A stretch of DNA of 64,000 nt from Eledone cirrhosa. Its lineage: Eukaryota. Below, one piece after another: positions 40,601 to 52,984 of the stretch (position 1 is the stretch's first letter; each line of letters starts with the position of its first letter). Both the position numbers and the translations under genes were made by a program. Below the pieces are notes generated by a model, which made no database searches, was not told the DNA's origin, and saw nothing but the letters and a program-made list of their open reading frames with translations. The stretch covers positions 18,290,001 to 18,354,000 of the forward strand of contig OZ024766.1 in the NCBI GenBank assembly GCA_964016885.1, in the 5' to 3' direction.

Positions 40601-42748
40601 AGACCAGTGGTCAACAGAGAGACAGTCCACAAGGTGGGTGACAGGCAGATGATATATAATGTCTCAGAGGACAGAGACCAGTGGTCAACAGAGAGACAGT
40701 CCACAAGGTGGGTGACAGGCAGATGAAATATAATGTCTCATAAGACAGAGACCAGTGGTCAACAGAGAGACAATATACAAGGTGGGTGACAGGTAGATGA
40801 AATATAATGTCTCATAAGACAGAGACCAGTGGTCAACAGAGAGACAGTCCACAAGGTGGGTGACAGGCAGATGAAATATAATGTCTCATAAGACAGAGAC
40901 CAGTGGTCAACAGAGAGACAGTCCACAAGGTGGGTGACAGGTAGATGAAATATAATGTCTCATAAGACAGAGACCAGTGGTCAACAGAGAGACAGTCCAC
41001 AAGGTGGGTGACAGGCAGATGAAATATAATGTCTCATAAGACAGAGACCAGTGGTCAACAGAGAGACAGTCCACAAGGTGGGTGACAGGCAGATGAAATA
41101 TAATGTCTCATAAGACAGAGACCAGTGGTCAACAGAGAGACAGTCCACAAGGTGGGTGACAGGCAGATGAAATATAATGTCTCATAAGACAGAGACCAGT
41201 GGTCAACAGTCCACAAGGTGGGTGACAGGCAGATGAAATATAATGTCTCATAAGACAGAGACCAGTGGTCAACAGAGAGACAGTCCACAAGGTGGGTGAC
41301 AGGCAGATGAAATATGTCTCATAAGACAGAGACCAGTGGTCAACAGAGAGACAGTCCACAAGGTGGGTGACAGGCAGATGAAATATAATGTCTCATAAGA
41401 CAGAGACCAGTGGTCAACAGAGAGACAGTCCACAAGGTGGGTGACAGGCAGATGAAATATAATGTCTCATAAGACAGAGACCAGTGGTCAACAGAGAGAC
41501 AGTCTACAAGGTGGGTGACAGGCAGATGAAATATAATGTCTCATAAGACAGAGACCAGTGGTCAACAGAGAGACAGTCCACAAGGTGGGTGACAGGCAGA
41601 TGAAATATAATGTCTCATAAGACAGAGACCAGTGGTCAACAGAGAGACAGTCCACAAGGTGGGTGACAGGCAGATGAAATATAATGTCTCATAAGACAGA
41701 GACCAGTGGTCAACAGAGAGACAGTCCACAAGGTGGGTGACAGGCAGATGAAATATAATGTCTCATAAGACAGAGACCAGTGGTCAACAGAGAGACAGTC
41801 CACAAGGTGGGTGACAGGCAGATGAAATATAATGTCTCATAAGACAGAGACCAGTGGTCAACAGAGAGACAGTCCACAAGGTGGGTGACAGGCAGATGAA
41901 ATATAATGTCTCATAAGACAGAGACCAGTGGTCAACAGTCCACAAGGTGGGTGACAGGCAGATGAAATATAATGTCTCATAAGACAGAGACCAGTGGTCA
42001 ACAGAGAGACAGTCCACAAGGTGGGTGACAGGCAGATGAAATATAATGTCTCATAAGACAGAGACCAGTGGTCAACAGAGAGACAGTCCACAAGGTGGGT
42101 GACAGGCAGATGATATATAATGTCTCATAAGACAGAGACCAGTGGTCAACAGAGAGACAATATACAAGGTGGGTGACAAGCAGATGAAATATAATGTCTC
42201 ATAAGACAGAGACCAGTGGTCAACAGAGAGACAGTCCACAAGGTGGGTGACAGGCAGATGATATATAATGTCTCATAAGACAGAGACCAGTGGTCAACAG
42301 AGAGACAGTCCACAAGGTGGGTGACAGGCAGATGAAATATAATGTCTCATAAGACAGAGACCAGTGGTCAACAGAGAGACAGTCCACAAGGTGGGTGACA
42401 GGCAGATGATATATAATGTCTCATAAGACAGAGACCAGTGGTCAACAGAGAGACAATATACAAGGTGGGTGACAAGCAGATGAAATATAATGTCTCATAA
42501 GACAGAGACCAGTGGTCAACAGAGAGACAGTCCACAAGGTGGGTGACAGGCAGATGAAATATAATGTCTCATAAGACAGAGACCAGTGGTCAACAGAGAG
42601 ACAATATACAAGGTGGGTGACAAGCAGATGAAATATAATGTCTCATAAGACAGAGACCAGTGGTCAACAGAGAGACAATATACAAGGTGGGTGACAAGCA
42701 GATGAAATATAATGTGTCAGAGACCAGTGACCAGGGGTCAGTGGTCAA
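31695..42748. repeat. 74-bp satellite, ~150 copies (11 kb), inside the last COPS4 intron
   Basis: Unit gaccagtggtcaacagagagacagtccacaaggtgggtgacaggcagatgaaatataatgtctcataagacaga; highly homogeneous. Confidence 0.97.
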
Positions 42749-43277
42749 AAACATTAAACTAAACAAGTTATATATATTACAGGACCAGAAGGGGTGGTCA
42801 TTGTAGGAATGGTGTCAGAATCGTGGTTTGAGGAGAAGTTTGTTGCTATTTCCAGCATGTCGATAAAGACTGTAGTGTCTCCTTATATAAGTTAGATTTA
42901 ATAGTTTAACACAAATGATGTGATTACCTCCCCTTAACTGTTAAACTGTTTTAGTGGGGGTTCTTTTCAGAGTGTACTGGGTGTATTATGTCATGATACC
43001 AACACTACCACTTTACAGAGTGTACTGGGTGTATGACAGGTGTGGTGGGGTTTGAGGGACCCTAATCAATACACAATGACTGATGGATCACAATACAAAA
43101 TCAATACAGGATCAATTCTGAATCAATAGAAGATCGATAAAGAATCATTACACAATGACTGTCATAGATCAATATAGAATCAATCCCAGATCAATACAAA
43201 ATCAATCAAAAATCAATATATGACAAATCAATACAGAAATCAATATATGACAAATCAATACAGAAATCAATACTTAC

Positions 43278-43362
43278 TTTCAAAATGTACAATAGATGCT
43301 ATCTGATCAACAGAGCCGGACATCCGTCCCTCTGTTATCATCTGGGAGGCAATCTTCTCAGC
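43278..43362 (-). CDS. COPS4: COPS4 exon (85 bp): [28 protein letters not shown]
   Basis: ttgtAG acceptor, A|GTAAGT donor; PCI-domain winged-helix segment (human [28 protein letters not shown]). Confidence 0.95.
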
Positions 43363-43404
43363 CTACAACAATTTATAAAGGTCTCGTTACTATGACAACA
43401 GAGA

Positions 43405-44312
43405 TGGCAAAAATGTTACGACCCCCGCCCCACAAAAAAAAAAAACCAGTCCTTCATGACCCCTACACAAAAATGTTACAACGCCTGAAAAAAACCTAGT
43501 CATACTGTGACCCCTACATAAAAAATATCAATGTTACAATCCCCCCCAAAACCTGTCTTCACGTCCCCTACACAAAAATGTCCCCCAAAAAACCTAGCCC
43601 TGTATCCCCTACACAAAAAAATGTCCTCCAAAACCTATCCTCAAATCCCCTACACCAAAAATGTCCCCAAAAAATTTAACCCTGTATCCCCTACACAAAA
43701 ATGTCCCCCAAAAACTTAACCCTGTATCCCCTATACAAAAAAATGTCACCCCAAAAACTTAACCCTGTATCCCCTACACAAAAATGTCCCCAAAAAACTT
43801 ACTGTATCCCCTACACAAAAAATGTCCCCCAAAAACTTAACCCTGTATCCCCTACACAAAAAATGTCCCCCAAAAACTTAACCCTGTATCCCCTACACAA
43901 AAAATGACCCCCAAAATCTTAAAACCTGTATCCCCTACACAAATTTTTTTTTTCAATGTAACAACCCCCCAAACCCAGTGACCCCTACATAAAAATTATC
44001 ACTGTAACAACCCCCCCCCCAAAAAAAAACCTGCCCCCTATAAATAAAAGGTTTTCGAAGTTACAATCCCTAAAAAAGTGGCCCAACGCACCAGTGTCCC
44101 CTACACCAAAAATGTCCCCCAAAACCTAATCACACCGTGACCCCTACATAAAAAATATCAATGTAACACCCCCAAAACTTAGTCACACTGTGACCCCTAC
44201 ATAAAAAATATCAATGTAACACCCCCAAAACTTAGTCCCTTATCCCCTACACAAAAAATGCTTTTGATGTTACAGACCCCCCAAAAAAGCTGTTTTCATG
44301 TCCCCTACACAA
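43405..44312. repeat. Degenerate ~37-40-bp C/A-rich minisatellite filling a COPS4 intron
   Basis: Recurrent aaacttaaccctgtatcccctacacaaaaatgtcccc. Confidence 0.85.
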
Positions 44313-44319
44313 AACTCAC

Positions 44320-44435
44320 CTTTGAGGGGTCGATCTCCAGTAAGGCCCCTAATTCTGTAAAAGATATGTTGTTGTATAGTTTACTGGCAGACAGCAGGTT
44401 GTGTTCTATGGCAGCCCTGTCTAGTATGGTGGAAC
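44320..44435 (-). CDS. COPS4: COPS4 exon (116 bp): (G)[38 protein letters not shown]
   Basis: ctccAG acceptor, AAG|GTGAGT donor; near-identical to human [35 protein letters not shown]. Confidence 0.96.
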
Positions 44436-44804
44436 CTGGAGAGACAAAGAGGGGTGTATATAGACAGGGTGTGTATATAGATAGGGTATATATAGACAGG
44501 GTGTATATATAGACAGGGTGTGTATATATATATATATAGAGAGAGAGAGCAGGTTGTGTTCTATGGCAGCCCTGTCTAGTATGGTGGAACCTGGAGAGAC
44601 AGACAGGGTGTATATATAGACAGGGTGTATATATATAGACATGGGGTATATATAGACAGGGTGCATATATATAGAGAGAGAGAGAGCAGGTTGTGTTCTA
44701 TGGCAGCCCTGTCTAGTATGGTGGCACCTGGAGAGAGTACGGTGTATATAGACAGGGTATATATACATACGTGGTTTATACATACATATATATACACACA
44801 CACA

Positions 44805-44835
<31 letters not shown>

Positions 44836-44897
44836 CAATGATATTAATAAATGGAAACTATATTTATAAAACCATATATATTCTAATATATATATTT

Positions 44898-45655
44898 CAT
44901 GGCTTAGTGGTTAGAGCATTGGGCTTGCAATCGAAAGGTTGTGAGTTCAATTCTCAGACCGGGTGATGTGTTGTTTCCTTGAGCAAGACACTTTATTTCA
45001 CATTGCTCCAGTTTACTCAGCTGTAGAAATGAAATGATAGGGACCCTGGGGTCCCTATCATTTCATTTCTACAGCTGAGTAAACTGGAGCAATGTGAAAT
45101 AAAGTGTCTTGCTCAAGGAAACAACACATCACCCGGACTGGGGTCCCTATCATTCCACTGCAAAGTGGTCGTGGAGGTGCCACGTCAAAAAAGCACCCAG
45201 CCCACACTGTAAAGTGGTCGTGGAGGTGCCACAGCAAAAAAGCACCCAGCACTCACTGTAAAGTGGTCGTGGAGGTGCCACGGCAAAAAAGCACCCAGCA
45301 CTCACTGTAAAGTGGTCGTGGAGGTGCCACGTCAAAAAAGCACCCAGCGCTCACTGTAAAGTGGTCGTGGAGGTGCCACGGCAAAAAAGCACCCAGCACT
45401 CACTGTAAAGTGGTCGTGGAGGTGCCACAGCATAAAAGCACCCAGCACTCACTGTAAAGTGGTCGTGGAGGTGCCACAGCAAAAAAGCACCCAGCACTCA
45501 CTGTAAAGTGGTCGTGGAGGTGCCACGTCAAAAAAGCACCCAGCACTCACTGTAAATGAGGTTGGTGTTAGGGAGGGCATCCAGCTGTAGAAATCAAGCC
45601 AGAATCAGTTCCCGTCCCACCCTGGCAAGCAGGGAAAAGCAAACATAAAATGATG
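44898..45655 (+). mobile_element. SINE copy with ~8 units and an internal fold-back duplication of the head (44960-45136)
   Basis: 45060-45136 is the reverse complement of ~44960-45035. Confidence 0.88.
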
Positions 45656-45703
45656 ACATCAATGATATTAAATAAATGGAAACTATATTTATAAAACCAT
45701 ATT

Positions 45704-45764
45704 TATTCTATTATATATATTTCAAGGGTACCAAAACTTTGGTACGCTCTCATCAGATAAAATA
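45704..45764 (-). ncRNA. Type I hammerhead ribozyme motif, sense to COPS4 pre-mRNA
   Basis: Minus strand: tattttat-CTGATGA-gagcGTACCAAAgtTTTGGTACcctt-GAAA-tatata-TA-atagaata; partial inverted copy at ~45832-45860. Confidence 0.78.
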
Positions 45765-45914
45765 CAAAGTTTGTTTTATAAATAGAGACATACCCAAGAA
45801 ACCAGACCTTATCAGTTCAGGTTCAGTTTACATTTTATCTGATGAGTGTATACCAAAATTTACACAGTCTCTGCCTACCAAATTTTGCCCATAATTAATG
45901 AGTTTTTCACTTAC

Positions 45915-46000
45915 CGTCAGCTGTGATGGCTTTCTGGTGTTGTTGAAGCATTTCAGAAAATTCCTGGAGGTCGTAACTTCTGATGATACGATCTAGGTAC
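45915..46000 (-). CDS. COPS4: COPS4 exon (86 bp): (M)YLDRIIRSYDLQEFSEMLQQHQKAITAD(G)
   Basis: cctAG acceptor, G|GTAAGT donor; phases consistent with neighbours. Confidence 0.95.
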
Positions 46001-46059
46001 CTAGGTAGATAGATAGATATATTTCTTTATTAGCCACAAGGGCGCACAAGAAACGGGGA

Positions 46060-47210
46060 CAAAACAAAGACATGCTGGGGATTTTACATACAGTCGTGTA
46101 AAAATATAAAACAAAACAATTACAACAATCGAAATCCCCAATAGAGGGGAGGCCTCACAAATGGGTTGTTTAATACCCCGTAGATAGAACAACCCTCAAC
46201 TTCAGAGGCGTGTTGTGCAAGTGCTCCCTTCTTCCTTTTGCTCTCTTCTTCAACCTACAGATTTATATACAGAGAAGGCCCAATCACTCGGGCCATTGTT
46301 GTCACATTCACCCACCTTTCAGTAAATTTACTGGGGTGCAGTGCCTCTCTCTCTCTCCACTCTGATTCTCCTTCTAAAGTGGTACCTAAAGAAGGGAATG
46401 GGTTGTTGTCCGGAGAGAAAGACAGATAGATAGATAGACGGATAGAGAGTTGTGCAAGTGCCCCTTTCTTCCTTTTGCTCTCTTCTTCAACCTACAGGCT
46501 TATATACAGAGAAGGCCCAATCACTTGGGCCATTGTTGTCTAATTCACCCACCTTTCAGTAAATTTACTGGGGTGCAGTGCCTCTCTCTCTCCACCCTGA
46601 TTCTCCTTCTAAAGTGGTACCTAAAGAAGGGAATGGGTTGTCCGTAGAGAAAGGCATCTGTCCTCAGTCCTCTCAACCTCGTCCACCATATAACACCTTT
46701 CAGTAAATTTACTGGGGTGCAGTGCCTCTCTCTCTCCACCCTGATTCTCCTTCTAAAGTGGTACCTAAAGAAGGGAATGGGTTGTCCGTAGAGAAAGGCA
46801 TCTGTCCTCAGTCCTCTCAACCTCGTCCACCATATAACACCTTTCAGTAAATTTACTGGGGTGCAGTGCCTCTCTCTCTCCACCCTGATTCTCCATCTAA
46901 AGTGGTACCTAAAGAAGGGAATGAGTTGTTGGCCGGAGAGAAAGGCATCTGTCCTCAGTCCTCTCAACCTCGTCCACCATATAACACCTTTCAGTAAATT
47001 TACTGGGGTGCAGTGCCTCTCTCTCTCCACCCTGATTCTCCATCTAAAGTGGTACCTAAAGAAGGGAATGAGTTGTTGGCCGGAGAGAAAGGCATCTGTC
47101 CTCAGTCCTCTCAACCACTTTCACAATAGCCACTGTACAGAGGAAAACCGCCTCTCTTTCGTTATTGAAAGAGGCTGGCGGTTTGATCCTTACAGATAGG
47201 TAAATAGATA
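46060..47210 (-). mobile_element. LINE (L1/Tx1-like) 3' fragment with ~4-5 tandem copies of an ~144-147-bp segment
   Basis: Minus-strand VIWWTRLRGLRTDAFLSGQQLIPFFRYHFRRRIRVERE is repeated and resembles Tx1-type ORF2 C-termini; the family call is tentative. Confidence 0.55.
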
Positions 47211-47357
47211 GATAGATATGTTTCTTTATTAGCCACAGGGGCACAAAAGAAGGGGACAAATACAAAGGTAAATAGATAGATAGATAGATAGACAAACAGA
47301 GAGATAGGTGTATAGATAAAGAGAGACAAATAGACAAACAGAGACAAACAAACTTAC

Positions 47358-47442
47358 ATCTTCTCCAATATGTTGTAAGCTGGTAGTCGTTGGCAACGCT
47401 CGTCCTTGAATAATGTGGCCAGCATCCGCGACCTCTGCTGAC
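47358..47442 (-). CDS. COPS4: COPS4 exon (85 bp): (G)[27 protein letters not shown](M)
   Basis: gtcccAG acceptor, AT|GTAAGT donor; conserved [16 protein letters not shown]. Confidence 0.96.
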
Positions 47443-47512
47443 CTGGGACATGTGACAAAAAAAACAAGAAAATGAATGGCTATTTAGTCAAAAACCCACA
47501 TGTGTCTGTGTG

Positions 47513-47551
<39 letters not shown>

Positions 47552-47652
47552 ATGTATGTGTATCGATATATATATATATGTGTGTGTATATGTGTATGTA
47601 TATCTATATATATATATATATATGTGTGTGTGTGAGTGTATATATATATGTG

Positions 47653-47693
<41 letters not shown>

Positions 47694-47704
47694 ATATGTG
47701 CATG

Positions 47705-47737
<33 letters not shown>

Positions 47738-47828
47738 ATATATATGTATATATATTGTTGGCTAATAAAGACTTTTGATGTCTTGAAGGCTTCTTTGGTC
47801 TATTTTTTATAATATATATATATATATA

Positions 47829-47867
<39 letters not shown>

Positions 47868-47984
47868 GTGAACTTGTGTCATCATCATCACCGTTTTACG
47901 TCCGTTCTTCCACGCTAGCATGGGTTAGACGGGTTGTCCTGTTGTGGGCAGTGTCTGGTTGGCTGACCATGCCTTGCTCGTACG

Positions 47985-48881
47985 GGAACTGATTCTGGCT
48001 TGATTTCTACAGCTGGATGCCCTTCCTAACACCAACCTCATTTACAGTGAGTGCTGGGTGCTTTTTTGCCGTGGCACCTCCACGACTACTTTACAGTGAG
48101 TGCTGGGTGCTTTTTTGCTATGGCACCTCCATGACCACTTTACAGTGAGTGCTGGGTGCTTTTTTGCCGTGGCACCTCCATGACCACTTTACAGTGAGTG
48201 CTGGGTGCTTTTTTGCCGTGGCACCTCCACGACCACTTTACAGTGTGGGCTGGGTGCTTTTTTGCCGTGGCACCTCCACGACCACTTTACAGTGAGTGCT
48301 GGGTGCTTTTTTTGCCGTGGCACCTCCACAACCACTTTACAGTGTGGGCTGGGTGCTTTTTTGCCGTGGCACCTCCACGACCACTTTACAGTGAGTGCTG
48401 GGTGCTTTTTTGCCGTGGCACCTCCACGACCACTTTACAGTGAGGGCTGGGTGCTTTTTTGCTGTGGCACCTCCACGACCACTTTACAGTGAGTGCTGGG
48501 TGCTTTTTTGCCGTGGCACCTCCACGACCACTTTACAGTGAGTGCTGGGTGCTTTTTTGCCGTGGCACCTCCATGACCACTTTACAGTGAGTGCTGGGTG
48601 CTTTTTTGCCGTGGCACCTCCACGACCACTTTACAGTGAGTGCTGGGTGCTTTTTTTGCCGTGGCACCTCCACGACCACTTTACAGTGTGTGCTGGGTGC
48701 TTTTTTGCCGTGGCACCTCCATGACCACTTTACAGTGGACGTGGAGGTGCCACGGCTAAAAAAGCACCCAGCACTCACTGTAAATGAGGTTGGTGTTAGG
48801 AAGGGCATCCAGCTGTAGAAATCAAGCCAGAATCAGGTCCCGTCCCACCCTTGCAAGCAGGGAAAAGCGGACGTAAAATGA
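47985..48881. mobile_element. Headless SINE array with two outward-facing tails (orientation flips at ~48735)
   Basis: Minus-oriented tail plus ~14 units, then cactttacagtg-gacgtggaggtgcc switches to a plus-oriented unit and tail. Confidence 0.85.
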
Positions 48882-48963
48882 TAGATAAATAGATATGTAT
48901 GTATGTATGAATGTGCATGTATATATATATATGTGTGTGGGTGTGAGTGTGTGTATAACTAAG

Positions 48964-48999
<36 letters not shown>

Positions 49000-49063
49000 C
49001 GCGTATGTATATATGTCTATCTGTAAATGTATAAATATATGTGTGTCTACTTCTCTCTATATA

Positions 49064-49094
<31 letters not shown>

Positions 49095-49296
49095 GTGTGA
49101 GTGTGTATTTTTGTCTATCTGTAAGTATATATCTATATATATGTATGTGTATGTGTGTATTACATCATAATCAACAGCTCATTAAGTGTTGATTATTATT
49201 CAGCACTAAATAAAAATAAAGCCAAAAAATATTTCGACAGGATTAAAAGTATACTGCTCAGGTCTGTCAATAATTTTAATATCTTTGACCCCTTAG

Positions 49297-52200
49297 CATT
49301 TACATTACTCTATATATACTATTGTATTGTCACAGTAAAGGCTTTACCTCACATAATATCTCACATAACATTTACATTACTCTATATATACTATTGTATT
49401 GTCACAGTAAAGGCTTTACCTCACATAATATCTCACATAACATTTACATTACTCTTTATATACTATTGTATTGTCACAGTAAAGGCTTTACCTCACATAA
49501 TACCTCACATAACATTTACATTACTCTATATATACGATTGTATTGTCACAGTAAAGGCTTTACCTCACATAATATCTCACATAACATTTACATTACTCTA
49601 TATATACTATTGTATTGTCACAGTAAAGGCTTTACCTCACATAACATTTACATTACTCTATATATACTATTGTATGGTCACAGTAAAGGCTTTACCTCAC
49701 ATAATATCTCACATAACATTTACATTACTCTATATATACTATTGTATTGTCACAGTAAAGGCTTTACCTTACATAATATCTCATATAACATTTACATTAC
49801 ACTATATATACTATTGTATTGTCACAGTAAAGGCTTTACCTCACATAATATCTCATAACATTTACATTACTCTATATATACTATTGTATTGTCACAGTAA
49901 AGGCTTTACCTCACATAATATCTCACATAACATTTACATTACTCTATATATACTATTGTATTGTCACAGTAAAGGCTTTACCTCACATAATATCTCACAT
50001 AACATTTACATTACTCTTTATATACTATTGTATTGTCACAGTAAAGGCTTTACCTCACATAACATTTACATTACTCTATATATACTATTGTATGGTCACA
50101 GTAAAGGCTTTACCTCACATAATATCTCACATAACATTTACATTACTCTATATATACTATTGTATTGTCACAGTAAAGGCTTTACCTCACATAATATCTC
50201 ACATAACATTTACATTACTCTATATATACTATTGTATGGTCACAGTAAAGGCTTTACCTCACATAATATCTCACATAACATTTACATTACTCTATATATA
50301 CTATTGTATTGTCACAGTAAAGGCTTTACCTCACATAATATCTCACATAACATTTACATTACTCTATATATACTATTGTATTGTCACAGTAAAGGCTTTA
50401 CCTCACATAATACCTCACATAACATTTACATTACTCTATATATACTATTGTATGGTCACAGTAAAGGCTTTACCTCACATAATATCTCACATAACATTTA
50501 CATTACTCTATATATACTATTGTATTGTCACAGTAAAGGCTTTACCTCACATAATATCTCACATAACATTTACATTACTCTATATATACTATTGTATTGT
50601 CACAGTAAAGGCTTTACCTCACATAACATTTACATTACTCTTTATATACTATTGTATTGTCACAGTAAAGGCTTTACCTCACATAATATCTCACATAACA
50701 TTTACATTACTCTATATATATTATTGTATGGTCACAGTAAAGGCTTTACCTCACATAATATCTCACATAACATTTACATTACTCTATATATACTATTGTA
50801 TTGTCACAGTAAAGGCTTTACCTCACATAATATCTCACATAACATTTACATTACTCTATATATACTATTGTATTGTCACAGTAAAGGCTTTACCTCACAT
50901 AACATTTACATTACTCTATATATACTATTGTATGGTCACAGTAAAGGCTTTACCTCACATAATATCTCACATAACATTTACATTACTCTATATATACTAT
51001 TGTATTGTCACAGTAAAGGCTTTACCTCACATAATATCTCACATAACATTTACATTACTCTATATATACTATTGTATGGTCACAGTAAAGGCTTTACCTC
51101 ACATAATATCTCACATAACATTTACATTACTCTATATATACTATTGTATTGTCACAGTAAAGGCTTTACCTCACATAACATTTACATTACTCTATATATA
51201 CTATTGTATTGTCACAGTAAAGGCTTTACCTCACATAATACCTCACATAACATTTACATTACTCTATATATACTATTGTATGGTCACAGTAAAGGCTTTA
51301 CCTCACATAATATCTCACATAACATTTACATTACTCTATATATACTATTGTATTGTCACAGTAAAGGCTTTACCTCACATAATATCTCACATAACATTTA
51401 CATTACTCTATATATACTATTGTATTGTCACAGTAAAGGCTTTACCTCACATAACATTTACATTACTCTATATATACTATTGTATTGTCACAGTAAAGGC
51501 TTTACCTCACATAATATCTCACATAACATTTACATTACTCTATATATATTATTGTATGGTCACAGTAAAGGCTTTACCTCACATAATATCTCACATAACA
51601 TTTACATTACTCTATATATACTATTGTATTGTCACAGTAAAGGCTTTACCTCACATAATATCTCACATAACATTTACATTACTCTATATATACTATTGTA
51701 TTGTCACAGTAAAGGCTTTACCTCACATAATATCTCACATAACATTTACATTACTCTATATATACTATTGTATTGTCACAGTAAAGGCTTTACCTCACAT
51801 AACATTTACATTACTCTATATATACTATTGTATTGTCACAGTAAAGGCTTTACCTCACATAATATCTCACATAACATTTACATTACTCTATATATACTAT
51901 TGTATTGTCACAGTAAAGGCTTTACCTCACATAATATCTCACATAACATTTACATTACTCTATATATACTATTGTATTGTCACAGTAAAGGCTTTACCTC
52001 ACATAACATTTACATTACTCTATATATACTATTGTATTGTCACAGTAAAGGCTTTACCTCACATAACATTTACATTACTCTATATATACTATTGTATTGT
52101 CACAGTAAAGGCTTTACCTCACATAATATCTCACATAACATTTACATTACTCTATATATACTATTGTATTGTCACAGTAAAGGCTTTACCTCACATAATA

Positions 52201-52918
52201 TCTCACAACATTTACATTACTCTATATATACTATTGTATTGTCACAGTAAAGGCTTTACCTCACATAATATCTCACATAACATTTACATTACTCTATATA
52301 TACTATTGTATTGTCACAGTAAAGGCTTTACCTCACATAATATCTCACATAACATTTACATTACTCTATATATACTATTGTATTGTCACAGTAAAGGCTT
52401 TACCTCACATAATATCTCACATAACATTTACATTACTCTATATATACTATTGTATTGTCACAGTAAAGGCTTTACCTCACATAATATCTCACATAACATT
52501 TACATTACTCTATATATACTATTGTATTGTCACAGTAAAGGCTTTACCTCACATAATATCTCACATAACATTTACATTACTCTATATATACTATTGTATT
52601 GTCACAGTAAAGGCTTTACCTCACATAATATCTCACATAACATTTACATTACTCTATATATACTATTGTATTGTCACAGTAAAGGCTTTACCTCACATAA
52701 TATCTCACATAACATTTACATTACTCTATATATACTATTGTATTGTCACAGTAAAGGCTTTACCTCACATAATATCTCACATAACATTTACATTACTCTA
52801 TATATACTATTGTATTGTCACAGTAAAGGCTTTACCTCACATAATATCTCACATAACATTTACATTACTCTATATATACTATTGTATTTTCACAGTAAAG
52901 GCTTTACCTCACATAATA
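49297..52918. repeat. 72-bp (and 60-bp variant) AT-rich minisatellite, ~52 copies, in a COPS4 intron
   Basis: Unit catttacattactctatatatactattgtattgtcacagtaaaggctttacctcacataatatctcacataa; period 72 (49441/49513). Confidence 0.96.
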
Positions 52919-52984
52919 TTTAAAGCCTTTTCTGTGAAAATATAATAGTATATATAGAGTAATGTAAATGTTATGCGAGATATT

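Noticed and set aside
31695-42748. Possible CRISPR-like array (also the 49-bp SINE arrays)
   Set aside because: Units are contiguous with no unique spacers, there are no cas genes, and the context is a eukaryotic intron.
49155-52923. 1031-aa and 943-aa ORFs
   Set aside because: They are translations of 72/60-bp satellite units (multiples of 3, stop-free by chance), antisense within a COPS4 intron, with no protein-like complexity.
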